64,000 nt of DNA, taken from Hyphomicrobiales bacterium. Lineage in GTDB: Bacteria; Pseudomonadota; Alphaproteobacteria; Rhizobiales; Beijerinckiaceae. The number at the start of each line of letters is the position of its first letter. Positions within the stretch are counted from its first letter, which is position 1. The stretch spans positions 13,601-77,600 of the forward strand of contig JAGWTA010000008.1 of the NCBI GenBank assembly GCA_028869185.1. The letters are read 5' to 3'. This document shows positions 27,991 through 38,517 of this stretch, piece after piece. A program made the translations under genes and the position numbers. Under the pieces are notes generated by a model. It did no database searches. It was given only the letters and a program-made list of their open reading frames with translations, and had not been told where the DNA came from.

Positions 27991-28835
27991 ACATCCTGTC
28001 GATCCAGTCGCAGGTGGTTTACGGGCATGTCGGCAATTCGGCGGCGGTCTTTCCGCTGCAACGCCTCGGCCATGAAGTATGGCCGATCAATACGGTCCAG
28101 TTTTCCAATCATACAGGCCACGGCGCATGGCGCGGCGACATTTTTCCCGCGCGGCTGATCGACGATTGCGTTCAAGGCGTCGCAGAACGCGGCGTTTTGC
28201 CGTCCTGCAACGGCGTCCTGTCAGGCTATGTCGGCGCGCCCGAAACCGGCGCGGCGATCCTGCGCGCCGTGTCGGCCGTCAAGCAGGCCAATCCAGGCGC
28301 GCTCTACTGCTGCGATCCTGTCATGGGCGACGTTGGCCGCGGTGTTTTCGTCAGACCGGGCGTGCCCGAATTCTTCGAGCGCGAAGCGCTGGCGCATGCC
28401 GATATCGTCACGCCCAATCATTTCGAATTGCAGTTGCTGACAGGCGCTTCGATACGCTCGCGCGAAGAACTGACGCACGCTCTGCGGACCCTTTCAGCGC
28501 GCGGCCCGCAGATCGCAATGGTTACGTCGCTGACGCTCGACGACACGCCACACGACCGGATCGACATCGCAGCTTTCTCGCCGCAGGCGTCGCTGCGCAT
28601 ACGTACGCCGCGGCTGGCAGTCTCCGCCAACGGCGCCGGCGATCTCGTCGCAGCGCTGTTTTTCGCGCATTTCCTGGTCGCGCGTAACGTCAAAACTGCG
28701 TTGGAAAATGCAGCATCGTCCGTATTCGGCGTGCTCGCGGCGATGGAGAAAAATCATCTTCGCGAATTGCCGCTGATCGCCGCACAAGGCGAAATCGTTG
28801 CGCCAACGCATCGTTTCGAGGCGACCGCCATTTGA
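27987..28835 (+). CDS. pdxY: pyridoxal kinase
   Basis: [46 protein letters not shown] is a classic PdxY N-terminus. 282 aa, ribokinase fold. Confidence 0.9.
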   Translation: [282 protein letters not shown]

Positions 28836-28907
28836 CGAACAACGCGCATATGAAAGAGGCCGCCCCTTGCGGAACGGCCTCTCGCATTGTCTTGACCGAG
28901 CGACTGA

Positions 28908-28994
28908 TTACCGAGCGAACCCGAACGCGCAAACGGAGATCTCCACGCGCGACAAAGCCTTCGTAACCGGCATCGGTTGATGACAATGAGACAC
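28908..28994 (-). CDS. candidate unannotated 28-codon ORF (MSHCHQPMPVTKALSRVEISVCAFGFAR) behind an extreme Shine-Dalgarno
   Basis: My own reading of the minus strand, in order: -35 TTAACG (29059-29054), a 16-nt spacer, -10 TATAGT (29037-29032), GAAAGGAGGTGATCCAG (29010-28994), a GTG start at 28994, TAA at 28910-28908, then the hairpin AGAGGCCG/CGGCCTCT (28855-28882). There is no homology evidence. Confidence 0.3.
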   Translation of the reverse strand: MSHCHQPMPVTKALSRVEISVCAFGFAR

Positions 28995-29074
28995 TGGATC
29001 ACCTCCTTTCAGGTTGTGGACGACACGGTGAACTATACGTTGATTCGGCGCGCCGTTAAGGCCATGATTGACGC

Positions 29075-29590
29075 ATGGCCAAAATCGTTCTTGTCGTAGC
29101 CCGCGCCCGCAACGGCGTCATCGGCGCCAATGGCGCTATGCCCTGGAAATTGTCGAGCGATCTCAAGCGCTTTCGCGAAGTTACCTGGGGGCGTCCGCTC
29201 ATCATGGGACGCAGAACCTATGAATCGATCGGCAAGGTTCTGCCCGGCAGGGAGACGATCATCGTCACACGCGATCTTAATTTCACGCCGCCGGAAGGCG
29301 CGCATGTGGCGCATTCCATCGACGCAGCGCTGGCGCTCGCCGAATTGCGCGCTTTTGCGCTGCAGGTCGGCGAAATCATGGTCGTTGGCGGCGGGGAAAT
29401 CTACAAGGCGCTCGCCAAGCGCGCCGACGAGCTGATTTTGACCGAAGTTGATCTTGCGCCGGAAGGCGATGCGTTTTTCCCCGCGCCAGACGCCAAAATA
29501 TGGCGCGAAATTGGCCGCGAAGGTCCATTCAAGGGGCCCAAGGACGAAGCCGCCTACACCGTCGCGACCTACGAGAAAATCAAGTCCTGA
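29075..29590 (+). CDS. folA: dihydrofolate reductase
   Basis: The sequence NGVIGANGAMPWKLSSDLKRFREVTWGRPLIMGRRTYESIG carries the DHFR signature. 171 aa. Confidence 0.93.
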   Translation: MAKIVLVVARARNGVIGANGAMPWKLSSDLKRFREVTWGRPLIMGRRTYESIGKVLPGRETIIVTRDLNFTPPEGAHVAHSIDAALALAELRAFALQVGEIMVVGGGEIYKALAKRADELILTEVDLAPEGDAFFPAPDAKIWREIGREGPFKGPKDEAAYTVATYEKIKS

Positions 29591-29696
29591 CGGCAGCAAA
29601 ATGCGCATTGAAAGCTGTCCGGTTGCGCTCTATCTCAAGCCAAATTGTCGGCGCGGAGCCCCGCCTTTATAAAAGGCGGCTGGAGGAACGGTTTTT

Positions 29697-30809
29697 ATGC
29701 CCTGGAGCGATCAAGGCGGTCCCACAGGCCCGGGCGGGCAGAGCCCCTGGGGCCAGGGGGGCGGCGGCAACCCGTGGAATGCGCGGCCGAACGGACCCGA
29801 TCTCGAAGAAGCGCTGCGCAAGGGGCAGGAAAGGCTGCGCGCCATGCTGCCCGGCGGCGCCACGGGCGGCCGGCCTGTGCTTCTGGCGGTGCTCGCCGGA
29901 TTTCTCCTCTGGCTTGCATCCGGCTTTTACATCGTCTCGACCAACCAGGTCGGCTTGAACCTGGTTTTCGGCAAGTTCACGGGCAAGACCAAGGAAGGTC
30001 TCAATTACAACTGGCCCTGGCCGATCGGTTCCGTCGAAAAGTTGAATGTAACGGATTTCAACGCAATCGACGTCGGTTCCGAGATGCGCAATGCGCGCAC
30101 GCAGGTCGACGTGCCTGAAGAAAGTCTGATGCTCACGGGCGATGAAAACATCGCCGACGTGAAGTTTCGCGTCATCTGGAAAATCGACGACCAGAAGCCG
30201 GAAGCTTACGCCTTCAACGTCTACAATCCGCCAGCAACCGTAAAGGCCGTTGCTGAAAGCGCGATGCGCGAAATCGTCGGCCGCTCGCAAATTCAAAAAT
30301 TGCTGACCGCCGAGCGCAAGGTGATCGAACCCGCAGCGCAGGATTTGATGCAGCGTGTGCTCGATTCCTACAACGCGGGCGTCAACATCGTGCAAGTGCA
30401 ATTGCTGTCCGTCGACCCGCCAGCCTCCGTCATTTCCGCCTTCCGCGACGTGACAGCCGCGCAGCAGGATCGCGACCGGCTGAAGAACGAGGCGGAAGGT
30501 TACGCGAACAAGGTCGTGCCCGAAGCGCGCGGACAAGCCGCGCGCATCCAGCAGGAGGCGCAGGCCTATCGCGAACAAACGGTCGCCGAAGCCAAGGGCC
30601 AGGCTTCCCGCTTCGACCAGGTCTACGAGGAATACAAAAAGGCGCCCGATGTTACGCGCCAGCGCCTCTATCTCGAGACCATGGAGCGTGTGCTCGGCCG
30701 CGTCGACAAGGTTATTGTCGACAAGGGAGCGGGAACAGGCGTCGTGCCCTATTTGCCGCTTGGCGATCTGAAGGCGGCGCCCGCTCAAGGCGCGGGAGGC
30801 CAGAAATGA
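29697..30809 (+). CDS. hflK: FtsH protease modulator HflK (SPFH domain)
   Basis: Gly-rich N-terminus (PWSDQGGPTGPGGQSPWGQGGGGNPW), one TM segment and an SPFH/band-7 domain. It is followed by hflC with an overlapping stop/start. Confidence 0.9.
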   Translation: MPWSDQGGPTGPGGQSPWGQGGGGNPWNARPNGPDLEEALRKGQERLRAMLPGGATGGRPVLLAVLAGFLLWLASGFYIVSTNQVGLNLVFGKFTGKTKEGLNYNWPWPIGSVEKLNVTDFNAIDVGSEMRNARTQVDVPEESLMLTGDENIADVKFRVIWKIDDQKPEAYAFNVYNPPATVKAVAESAMREIVGRSQIQKLLTAERKVIEPAAQDLMQRVLDSYNAGVNIVQVQLLSVDPPASVISAFRDVTAAQQDRDRLKNEAEGYANKVVPEARGQAARIQQEAQAYREQTVAEAKGQASRFDQVYEEYKKAPDVTRQRLYLETMERVLGRVDKVIVDKGAGTGVVPYLPLGDLKAAPAQGAGGQK

Positions 30810-31684
30810 TCAACCGCATTCTTGCCATCGTGGCCGTATTCGCGCTTGCCCTCATCTCGACGGCGATGTTTCAGGTTCAGCAAACCGAAAGCGCGCTCGT
30901 TCTGCGTTTCGGCGCGCCGGTCGCCGGGCGTGGCGTCGTGACAGACCCCGGCCTGCATTTCAAAGTGCCGCTGATCGAAAGCGTCGTGCGCATCGACAAT
31001 CGCATTCTCGATCTCGAGGGATTGAAGCAGGAAGTGCTCGCTGCAGACAACCAGCGCATCGATGTGGACGCGTTCGTGCGTTACCGCATCACCGATCCGT
31101 TGCGTTTCTATCAGGCCGCCGGCTCGATCCGCGCGGCAAACAATCTGCTGGCGTCGTTGCTGAATTCCGCCGTACGCCGCGTGCTGGGCGAAGCGACGCA
31201 GACGCAAATCGTTCGCGACGAACGCGCCGCCCTCATGGTGAAAATTCGCGAGCAGGTGAATGCCGAAAGCCAGCGCTTCGGCGTCACGATCGTCGATGCG
31301 CGCCTGCGCCGCGCCGATCTGCCGCGCGAGATTTCCGAAAAGGTCTTCAGCCGCATGGTTGCCGAGCGCCAGCGCGAAGCGAACGAATATCGCGCACAAG
31401 GCGCCGAACAATATCAAACCATCACGTCGAAAGCCGATCGCGACGCCATTGTTTTGCGCGCCAATGCGCAGCAACAGGCTGAAACCATCCGCGGCCAGGG
31501 CGATGCCGAACGCAACCGCATTTTTGCAGAAGCATTTGGACGCGATCCCGCGTTCTTCGCCTTCTATCGCTCGATGCAGGCCTACGACGCCGCCTTCAAG
31601 GCGGGCGACACGCGGTTTGTAACCTCGCCCACCTCCGAATTTTTCCGCTATTTCTCCGCACCGAAAGCCGACGCGGCCAAATGA
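30806..31684 (+). CDS. hflC: FtsH protease modulator HflC (SPFH domain)
   Basis: N-terminal TM segment plus an SPFH domain. It is coupled to hflK and precedes a Do-family protease, as in many proteobacteria. Confidence 0.9.
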   Translation: MINRILAIVAVFALALISTAMFQVQQTESALVLRFGAPVAGRGVVTDPGLHFKVPLIESVVRIDNRILDLEGLKQEVLAADNQRIDVDAFVRYRITDPLRFYQAAGSIRAANNLLASLLNSAVRRVLGEATQTQIVRDERAALMVKIREQVNAESQRFGVTIVDARLRRADLPREISEKVFSRMVAERQREANEYRAQGAEQYQTITSKADRDAIVLRANAQQQAETIRGQGDAERNRIFAEAFGRDPAFFAFYRSMQAYDAAFKAGDTRFVTSPTSEFFRYFSAPKADAAK

Positions 31685-33210
31685 TTCAGCAAAAAGGAAC
31701 GATCATGCGCCTGTCCCTCCTGGCTGCGACGACGTCTGCACGCGCGCTTCGCCTTGTCGCATTCGCAGCGGCTTTGAGCGCGCCCGTCGCGCTCGCGCCT
31801 TTCGTCGCGCCCTCCCCCGCCATCGCTCGCGGCGCGCCCGACAGCTTTGCCGACCTCGCCGCCAATGTGAGCGACGCCGTGGTGAATATTTCGGCGACGC
31901 AAATGGTCACGGCGCCCCGCCCCGGCGGGCCGCATTTCCAGCCCGGCACGCCGCTTGACGACATGTTCGAGGAATTTTTCAAGCGCCGGCAAGGTCAGGG
32001 CGGCGGCGAAGAGCAGCGCCAGCGCCGCGCCAACTCGCTCGGCTCCGGCTTCATCATCGATCCTTCGGGCGTTGTCGTGACCAACAATCACGTCATTGCC
32101 GACGCCACGGAAGTCCATGTGATTCTCACCGACGGACGCCGCCTCAAAGCCGAGATTGTCGGACGCGACCCGAAGGTCGATCTCGCAGTTTTGCGCGTGA
32201 AGAGCGACAAGCCGCTGAAAGCCGTCAAATTCGGCGACAGCGACAAGGCGCGCGTCGGCGACTGGGTGATCGCGGTTGGCAATCCGTTCGGCCTTGGCGG
32301 CTCGGTCACCGCCGGCATCGTCTCGGCGCGCAATCGCAACATCGAAAGCGGACCTTACGACAATTACATTCAGACCGACGCGGCCATCAACAAGGGTAAT
32401 TCCGGCGGCCCGCTGTTCAATCTCGACGGCGAGGTTGTCGGCGTGAACACCGCAATTCTTTCGCCCTCGGGCGGTTCGGTCGGCATTGGTTTCGCAACGC
32501 CCGCAAACACGGTGCAGCCGGTTGTCGAGCAATTGCTGAAATTTGGCGAGACGCGGCGCGGCTGGCTGGGCGTGCGCATTCAGAAAGTCGACGACGCCAT
32601 TGCCGAAAGCCTCAATCTGGGCGCCAAGCGCGGAGCGCTGGTCGCCGGCGTGGACGAAAAAGGTCCCGCCAAACCTGCCGGCCTCAAGGCGGGCGACGTG
32701 ATCGTCAAATTCGACGGCAAGGATGTCGCGCAAGCCGGCGACCTGCCCAAACTCGTCGCCGCAGCGCCGGTCGGCAAGGATGTCGAAGTCGTGATTATGC
32801 GCGACGGCAAGGAAACGACCAAAACCGTTCGGCTCGGGCGTCTCGAAGATGGCGAGAAACTCGCCAAGGCGGAAGCGAAAGCCGACGCGCCCGCTGACAA
32901 GCCAGTCGTTCAAACCGCACTCGGCATGGACCTGGCGACGCTGGGCGACGATCTGCGAAAAAAATTCAAGATCGCCGACAGCGTCAAGGGTGGCGTCGTC
33001 GTCACCAGGATCGACCCTGCGTCCAATGCGGCGGAAAAGCAGATCAAGCCGGGCGACGTCATTCAGGAAGTTAACCAGAAGACGGTGCATTCGCCGGCCG
33101 AACTTGCGGCTGCTTTGAAAGCGGCGAAAAACGACGGCAAGAAGGCAACGCTGCTCCTCGTCGCCGCCCCGACCGGCGATGTGCGCTTCGTGCCGGTGAC
33201 GCTCGACTGA
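31681..33210 (+). CDS. Do/DegP/DegQ-family periplasmic serine endoprotease (two PDZ domains)
   Basis: Signal peptide, a trypsin-like domain with the catalytic GNSGGPL, and two PDZ-like C-terminal segments. Confidence 0.9.
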   Translation: MIQQKGTIMRLSLLAATTSARALRLVAFAAALSAPVALAPFVAPSPAIARGAPDSFADLAANVSDAVVNISATQMVTAPRPGGPHFQPGTPLDDMFEEFFKRRQGQGGGEEQRQRRANSLGSGFIIDPSGVVVTNNHVIADATEVHVILTDGRRLKAEIVGRDPKVDLAVLRVKSDKPLKAVKFGDSDKARVGDWVIAVGNPFGLGGSVTAGIVSARNRNIESGPYDNYIQTDAAINKGNSGGPLFNLDGEVVGVNTAILSPSGGSVGIGFATPANTVQPVVEQLLKFGETRRGWLGVRIQKVDDAIAESLNLGAKRGALVAGVDEKGPAKPAGLKAGDVIVKFDGKDVAQAGDLPKLVAAAPVGKDVEVVIMRDGKETTKTVRLGRLEDGEKLAKAEAKADAPADKPVVQTALGMDLATLGDDLRKKFKIADSVKGGVVVTRIDPASNAAEKQIKPGDVIQEVNQKTVHSPAELAAALKAAKNDGKKATLLLVAAPTGDVRFVPVTLD

Positions 33211-33214
33211 CCGA

Positions 33215-35095
33215 TCAGGATGCGCCGTCTCTCGACGGGGCATCTTCGCCGGCGAGCGGCGGTTCAGCGTCAGCCTTGGTTTCGGGCTTGGCGCGCCGCA
33301 TGTCGCGCACGCGCGTCGACATCTTCACGCCGCGCTTTTCGCGACGACGATCGCCATGCGGCTGCAGAAACTTGCGATATTCATCGCGCTTTTCGTGTAT
33401 CGACGCGATGACGTAGCCCATCGGCACGCCAATATCGACCAGCGTCGCCTCCGCAAGTTGCAGGCTGGCCTCGATCGTCTCGGGAATGGCGTCTGTCACG
33501 CCGAGTTCATAGAGATGGGTGGCGTGCACCGCGTCGCGCGCGCGCGCCACAATCGTCATGTCGGGCCGGATCGCATGCGCGGCCGTTGTCGCCTGTTCAA
33601 CCGCCAGCGGCGCATCCATTGTGACCACCAGCGCACGGGCGCCGCTGATGCCGACTTTTTCGAGAAACTCCGGCCGCGTCGCATTGCCCCAATAGGCGTA
33701 GACTCCCTCTTCGCGCGCCTGCGCAACAATTTTCGGGTCGCCGTCGACCGCGACAAATGCGATCTGATGCGCTTTCAGCATCTCGCCCACCAGTCGCCCG
33801 ACGCGCCCGTATCCGACAATGATGACGCGCTCGTCGGCGACGCTGCCTTCGGGCGCCAGATGCGCGAATTCAGCCAGATCCTTTTTTTGCGTCGGCTGCA
33901 GTCGTGCGCCAAGCGCGCCCAGCGCCGGAATAGACGCCATCGTCAGCGTCACGATCAACATGGCGTCGCCGCCAACGCCCTGTGGAATGAGACGCGCGGC
34001 GATCGCAGCGCCAAACATCAGAAACGCGAACTCGCCGCCCGGCGCAAGAAGCAGCGCGGCTTCGGCGGCTGCGCCGCGCGCCACGCCAAAAGCGCGCGCG
34101 AGCAGAAAAGTGACGATCGCCTTCAGCACGATCAGCGCCACCGCGCCGCCGAGAATAATGTGCGGCGCCGACAGAACGCGGCCGAAATCGAGCCCGGCGC
34201 CAATCGAGAGAAAGAAAAGGCCGAGCAGCAGGCCCTGAAACGGCTCGACAGTCACCTCGATCTCGCGACGAAATTCCGTTTCGCCAAGCAGCAAGCCGGC
34301 GATGAATGCGCCAAGCGCCATTGAAAGTCCCGCCGCAGCAGAAGCAATGGAAGCGCCGACGACGACCAGCAGACACGCCGCCATGAACAATTCCGTCGAA
34401 CGGGCCTCCGCCACCAACCTGAACAGCGGGCGAAGCAGAATGCGCCCGCTCGCCAGCAGCAGAAAAAGGAACGCCATGGCGGGCGCCCATGTCCAGAACA
34501 TGACCGCGAGCGACGGCGGCGCGGCGCGCGCCGCGATCAGCGGCACCATGAACAGCAGCGGCGCGACCATCAAATCCTGAAACAGCAGCACGGCGAACGC
34601 CGTGCGCCCCGCCGCGCGATTGAGCCGCCGTTTTTCCGAAAGCACCGGAATGACGATGGCGGTGGAAGACATGGCCAGCGCAGCGCTGCCGACGATCGAA
34701 GCGCCGAGCGGCATGCGCAACCAGACATTGGCGATTTCCGTCAGCGTCAGCGTCGTCAGCATGACCTGCGCGCCACCGAGTCCGAAAACGAGCCGCCGCA
34801 TGCGCACGAGGCGCTCCCACGACAATTCCAGCCCGATCATGAACAGCAGGAACACGACGCCGAATTCGGCCAGGCGCGAGGCGCGTTCGACATCGCCGAT
34901 CGTAAAATTGGCGAGCGCTGGATATTGGCCGACCAGGCGCCCAAGCCCGAACGGCCCCAGCGCAGCCCCAGCCGCCAGAAAGCCGATAACCGGCGACACG
35001 CGCAGCAGACGGAACAACGGCACGACAACGCCGGCCGTTCCCAGAAACAGCAACGGCTCCTTGTATTCGTGCCAGTCGAAAGCTGCGGTCATCAT
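33215..35095 (-). CDS. CPA2-family monovalent cation:proton antiporter / K+ efflux protein with RCK (TrkA-N) domain (KefB/KefC-like)
   Basis: Multi-TM Na_H_exchanger-type N-terminal domain. RCK motif [17 protein letters not shown]. 626 aa. Confidence 0.85.
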   Translation of the reverse strand: MMTAAFDWHEYKEPLLFLGTAGVVVPLFRLLRVSPVIGFLAAGAALGPFGLGRLVGQYPALANFTIGDVERASRLAEFGVVFLLFMIGLELSWERLVRMRRLVFGLGGAQVMLTTLTLTEIANVWLRMPLGASIVGSAALAMSSTAIVIPVLSEKRRLNRAAGRTAFAVLLFQDLMVAPLLFMVPLIAARAAPPSLAVMFWTWAPAMAFLFLLLASGRILLRPLFRLVAEARSTELFMAACLLVVVGASIASAAAGLSMALGAFIAGLLLGETEFRREIEVTVEPFQGLLLGLFFLSIGAGLDFGRVLSAPHIILGGAVALIVLKAIVTFLLARAFGVARGAAAEAALLLAPGGEFAFLMFGAAIAARLIPQGVGGDAMLIVTLTMASIPALGALGARLQPTQKKDLAEFAHLAPEGSVADERVIIVGYGRVGRLVGEMLKAHQIAFVAVDGDPKIVAQAREEGVYAYWGNATRPEFLEKVGISGARALVVTMDAPLAVEQATTAAHAIRPDMTIVARARDAVHATHLYELGVTDAIPETIEASLQLAEATLVDIGVPMGYVIASIHEKRDEYRKFLQPHGDRRREKRGVKMSTRVRDMRRAKPETKADAEPPLAGEDAPSRDGAS

Positions 35096-35198
35096 GATTC
35101 CCGTCTTGCGCGCCCAGCCTACAGGATCGCGCCAGCGACAGCATTTTCCGTTCGCCGCATGCGGCTGCGCAAGCTGGACGAAACGGGATAGGCCGCGC

Positions 35199-36098
35199 CT
35201 AGACTACGAAATCGTGTCGGGCGTAGCCCTGAATATAGAGCAGACCGGTCAGATCGCCGTGGTCGAGCCGAGCCGCAGCGCCTGCCGCAACGGCAGGTTT
35301 GGCGTGGAACGCAACGCCAAGCCCTGCAGCCTGCAACATCGGCAGGTCGTTGGCGCCGTCGCCAGCCGCCATCGTCTCGGCCGGATCGAGCGCGAAACGC
35401 GCACGCAACTCGGACAGCGCATCGAGTTTGGCCTGCGCCCCGAGGATGGGCTCGGCGACAACGCCGGAAAAATGGCCGTTCTCGACGACCAGCTCGTTGG
35501 CCCGATTCTCGTCGAATCCGGCCATTTGCGCGATTTTCCGCGTGAACGGCGTGAACCCGCCGGAAACAAGAGCCGTATAGGCGCCATGCGCGCGCATGGT
35601 GGCCAGAGCAACGCGCGCGCCCGGCGTCAGCGTGATGCGCTCGGCGATGACACGGTCGATCACATGCGCGTCGAGGCCCCTCAGCAGCGCCACGCGCTCG
35701 CGCAGGGCCGGCTCGAAGGCGATCTCGCCGCGCATCGCCCGTTCGGTGATCGCCGCCACATGCGCCTTCAACCCGACGAGATCGGCGAGTTCGTCGATGC
35801 ATTCCTGCTCGATGATCGTGGAATCCATATCGGCGACGAACAGCCGCTTGCGACGGTGCAGCGTCGGTTGCGCGATAATGTCGACAGGAAGGTCGCCGAG
35901 CGCTTGCGCCAGGGCGGCGCGCGCGTCGAAACCGGCCAGCGGAACGTATTCCACATCGGCGGCGACGCCTTCGGCCAGCCAGCGCGGCGCCATGGCGCCG
36001 GGCAGCGCCGTGCGCGCGCGCTCCAGCGCGGCCGGATCGAGCGCGGGCGCGCGCGGGTTGCAGATGAGGGTTGCGACATGCGTCATGGTTTGCGACAC
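35199..36098 (-). CDS. serB: phosphoserine phosphatase
   Basis: HAD motif I in [19 protein letters not shown], plus a C-terminal [10 protein letters not shown]. 299 aa. Confidence 0.88.
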   Translation of the reverse strand: MSQTMTHVATLICNPRAPALDPAALERARTALPGAMAPRWLAEGVAADVEYVPLAGFDARAALAQALGDLPVDIIAQPTLHRRKRLFVADMDSTIIEQECIDELADLVGLKAHVAAITERAMRGEIAFEPALRERVALLRGLDAHVIDRVIAERITLTPGARVALATMRAHGAYTALVSGGFTPFTRKIAQMAGFDENRANELVVENGHFSGVVAEPILGAQAKLDALSELRARFALDPAETMAAGDGANDLPMLQAAGLGVAFHAKPAVAAGAAARLDHGDLTGLLYIQGYARHDFVV

Positions 36099-36116
36099 CG
36101 GCGATCAAAGGCAGAA

Positions 36117-37040
36117 ATGTTGCGAATCCGCGCCCTTCTCATCGCAGGCCCGACCGCGAGCGGCAAGTCGGCGCTCGCGCTCGATCTCGCCCGCCGGCTG
36201 GACGGCGCGGTGGTCAACGCCGATTCCATGCAGGTCTATCGCGATTTGCGCGTTCTGAGCGCCCGCCCGCCGGACGCCGATCTGGCCCGCGCGGAACATC
36301 GACTTTACGGCCATATCGACGCCGGCGTGAATTATTCGGTCGGCCTTTGGCTGGTCGATGTCGCGCAGGCCTTGCGCGAACTCGGCGCTGCCGGCCGGCC
36401 CGCGATCATCACCGGCGGCACAGGCCTCTATTTCAAGGCGCTGACGCAAGGCCTGTCCGACATGCCTGCCGTTCCAGAGGCGGTGCGCGCCTCCGTGCGC
36501 GCCGCCGCGCAAGGCAAGCCGCCGCAGGCCCTGCATGCAGAACTTGCAGCAAAGGATCCAGCGACCGCCGCAGCGCTGAGACCGACCGACCCACAGCGCA
36601 TTATGCGCGCCCTCGAGGTTTTTGCGGCGACCGGCCGCCCTCTCGCGACCTTTCAGGGCGCACGCGCCGCGCCTTTGCTCGCGCAGGGCGCCTGGCGCGG
36701 ATTCTTCATTGCGCCCGACCGTGATGCGCTGCGCGCACGGATCGATGCGCGTTTCGTCGACATGATGGCGCAAGGGGGACTGCAAGAAGCGCGCGCGCTC
36801 GGCGCCCGCAATCTCGATCCCGCCTTGCCCGCCATGCGCGCACACGGAATTCCCGGGCTCCTTGCCCATCTGCGCGGCGAAGTATCGCTGAACGACGCGA
36901 TTGCGCGCGGCCAGGCCGACACGCGCGCTTACGCCAAGCGTCAGCACACTTTCGCGCGTCATCAATTGCCGGACTTCCAGTGGATCGCGCCCGACGATTC
37001 CGCTGTGGAAACCATACTCGAAAAAGGAACGCATCCATGA
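36117..37040 (+). CDS. miaA: tRNA dimethylallyltransferase
   Basis: The sequence [44 protein letters not shown] contains the P-loop. Start at the ATG at 36117. The 812-aa ORF-track entry is an upstream shadow extension antisense to kefB/serB. Confidence 0.92.
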   Translation: MLRIRALLIAGPTASGKSALALDLARRLDGAVVNADSMQVYRDLRVLSARPPDADLARAEHRLYGHIDAGVNYSVGLWLVDVAQALRELGAAGRPAIITGGTGLYFKALTQGLSDMPAVPEAVRASVRAAAQGKPPQALHAELAAKDPATAAALRPTDPQRIMRALEVFAATGRPLATFQGARAAPLLAQGAWRGFFIAPDRDALRARIDARFVDMMAQGGLQEARALGARNLDPALPAMRAHGIPGLLAHLRGEVSLNDAIARGQADTRAYAKRQHTFARHQLPDFQWIAPDDSAVETILEKGTHP

Positions 37041-37645
37041 AGCTTTACGATTTGAAAGCCGGCCTTAACACGCGCCGCGTGCGCATTTTCCTTGCCGAAA
37101 AAGGCGTCAGCGTTCCCACAATCGACGTCGATATGATGAAGCGTGAAAATGCCAGCGCCGAATATCTGGCGAAAAATCCGATGGGCGCGATGCCGTTGCT
37201 GGAATTGGACGATGGTTCGTTTCTGTCCGAATCCATCGCCATCTGCCGTTATTTCGAAGCGCTGCATCCAGAGCCGCCGCTGTTTGGATCGGGCGCGCTC
37301 GAAGAAGCGCGCGTCGAAATGTGGAACCGGCGCATGGAGCACGAATTGCAACTGCCGATTCAGGACGGTTTCGTCCATCTCTCGCCCTTCTGGGCCGGAC
37401 GTCGCGAACAGGCGCCTGAATATGGCCGGCAGCGTCAGGCCTATGCGCTTCAGCGCATGCAATGGCTCGACACCGAACTCGCGCAACGCCGCTATATCGC
37501 TGGCGAGCGATACACCGTGGCCGACATTACCGCGCAATGCGCGCTGCTCATGGGCAAGGCGACCGGATCGCCCATGCCTGCAACGCTGACCAATCTCGAA
37601 CGCTGGTGGAAAGATGTGACAAGCCGCCCGAGCGCGCGCGCCTAA
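37037..37645 (+). CDS. glutathione S-transferase family protein
   Basis: [74 protein letters not shown] is a GST N-terminal thioredoxin-like domain. The ATG overlaps the miaA stop. Confidence 0.85.
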   Translation: MKLYDLKAGLNTRRVRIFLAEKGVSVPTIDVDMMKRENASAEYLAKNPMGAMPLLELDDGSFLSESIAICRYFEALHPEPPLFGSGALEEARVEMWNRRMEHELQLPIQDGFVHLSPFWAGRREQAPEYGRQRQAYALQRMQWLDTELAQRRYIAGERYTVADITAQCALLMGKATGSPMPATLTNLERWWKDVTSRPSARA

Positions 37646-38448
37646 ACAGCAACATCGCCCTTGATGAGCGGCCAGGCTTCATAATTCTCGAAGACGATAT
37701 CGTCATAGGTGAAATCGAAAATCGATTTCACCGCCGGATTGAGTCGCAACTGCGGCAGCGGCTTGGGCGTGCGCGTCAATTGCAGGCGCGCCTGCTCGAC
37801 GTGATTGTCGTAGAGATGCGCGTCGCCGAAAGAATGAACGAAATCGCCGGCCTCGCATCCCGTCACCTGCGCCACCATCGCCAGCAACAGCGCATAGGAA
37901 GCAATATTGAACGGCACGCCGAGGAAAATATCGGCCGAGCGCTGGTAGAGCTGCAACGACAGACGCTTGACCCCCTCGACCTCCGCGACATGAAATTGAA
38001 ACAGGCAATGACACGGCGCGAGCGCCATCTTGTCGATGTCGGCGGGATTCCACGCCGTCACGATCAGACGGCGAGAAAAAGGGTTGCTCTTGATCTGCGC
38101 GATCACATCGGAAATCTGATCGATCACCCGTCCGTCCGGCGTCTCCCAGGCGCGCCATTGCTTGCCGTAAACCGGTCCGAGATCGCCATCCGATGCGGCC
38201 CATTCATCCCAGATCGTGACCTTGTTGTCGCGCAGATATGCGACATTGGTGTCGCCTTTCAGGAACCACAACAACTCATGCACGATGGCGCGCAGGTAGA
38301 GCTTCTTCGTTGTAACGAGGGGAAAGCCCTGCTGCAGATCGAAGCGCATCTGCCAGCCGAAAACCGACCGTGTCCCAACGCCCGTGCGGTCGGCCTTGGG
38401 GACGCCCGTGTTCAACACATGTGAGAGAAGATCGAGATATTGCCGCAT
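37642..38448 (-). CDS. thyA: thymidylate synthase (ThyA type)
   Basis: [31 protein letters not shown] and the catalytic-Cys region [11 protein letters not shown]. 268 aa. Confidence 0.96.
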   Translation of the reverse strand: MRQYLDLLSHVLNTGVPKADRTGVGTRSVFGWQMRFDLQQGFPLVTTKKLYLRAIVHELLWFLKGDTNVAYLRDNKVTIWDEWAASDGDLGPVYGKQWRAWETPDGRVIDQISDVIAQIKSNPFSRRLIVTAWNPADIDKMALAPCHCLFQFHVAEVEGVKRLSLQLYQRSADIFLGVPFNIASYALLLAMVAQVTGCEAGDFVHSFGDAHLYDNHVEQARLQLTRTPKPLPQLRLNPAVKSIFDFTYDDIVFENYEAWPLIKGDVAV

Positions 38449-38517
38449 GCGCTGTTCCTAGCGCGATTTGACCGGCGGCGACACCCTCCAGCCCGGCGCC
38501 TTGGCCCGCTGCCGCGT

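Noticed and set aside
28690-29002. ORF-track entries 28690-28986(-) (98 aa) and 28754-29002(-) (82 aa), which might be the product behind the extreme SD.
   Set aside because: Both run far into the pdxY coding region on the opposite strand and pass through the terminator-like hairpin, with junk-like composition. The 82-aa ORF starts at the GTG inside the SD itself (0-nt spacing). The 98-aa ORF starts at a TTG about 15 nt past the GGAGG core (too far). Only the 28-codon frame starting at 28994 has proper SD spacing and ends before the hairpin.
34602-36116. The 812-aa ORF 34602-37040(+), of which only the last 307 aa is MiaA.
   Set aside because: The first roughly 500 codons run antisense through kefB and serB and have no protein-like features. 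The MiaA P-loop N-terminus begins at 36117.
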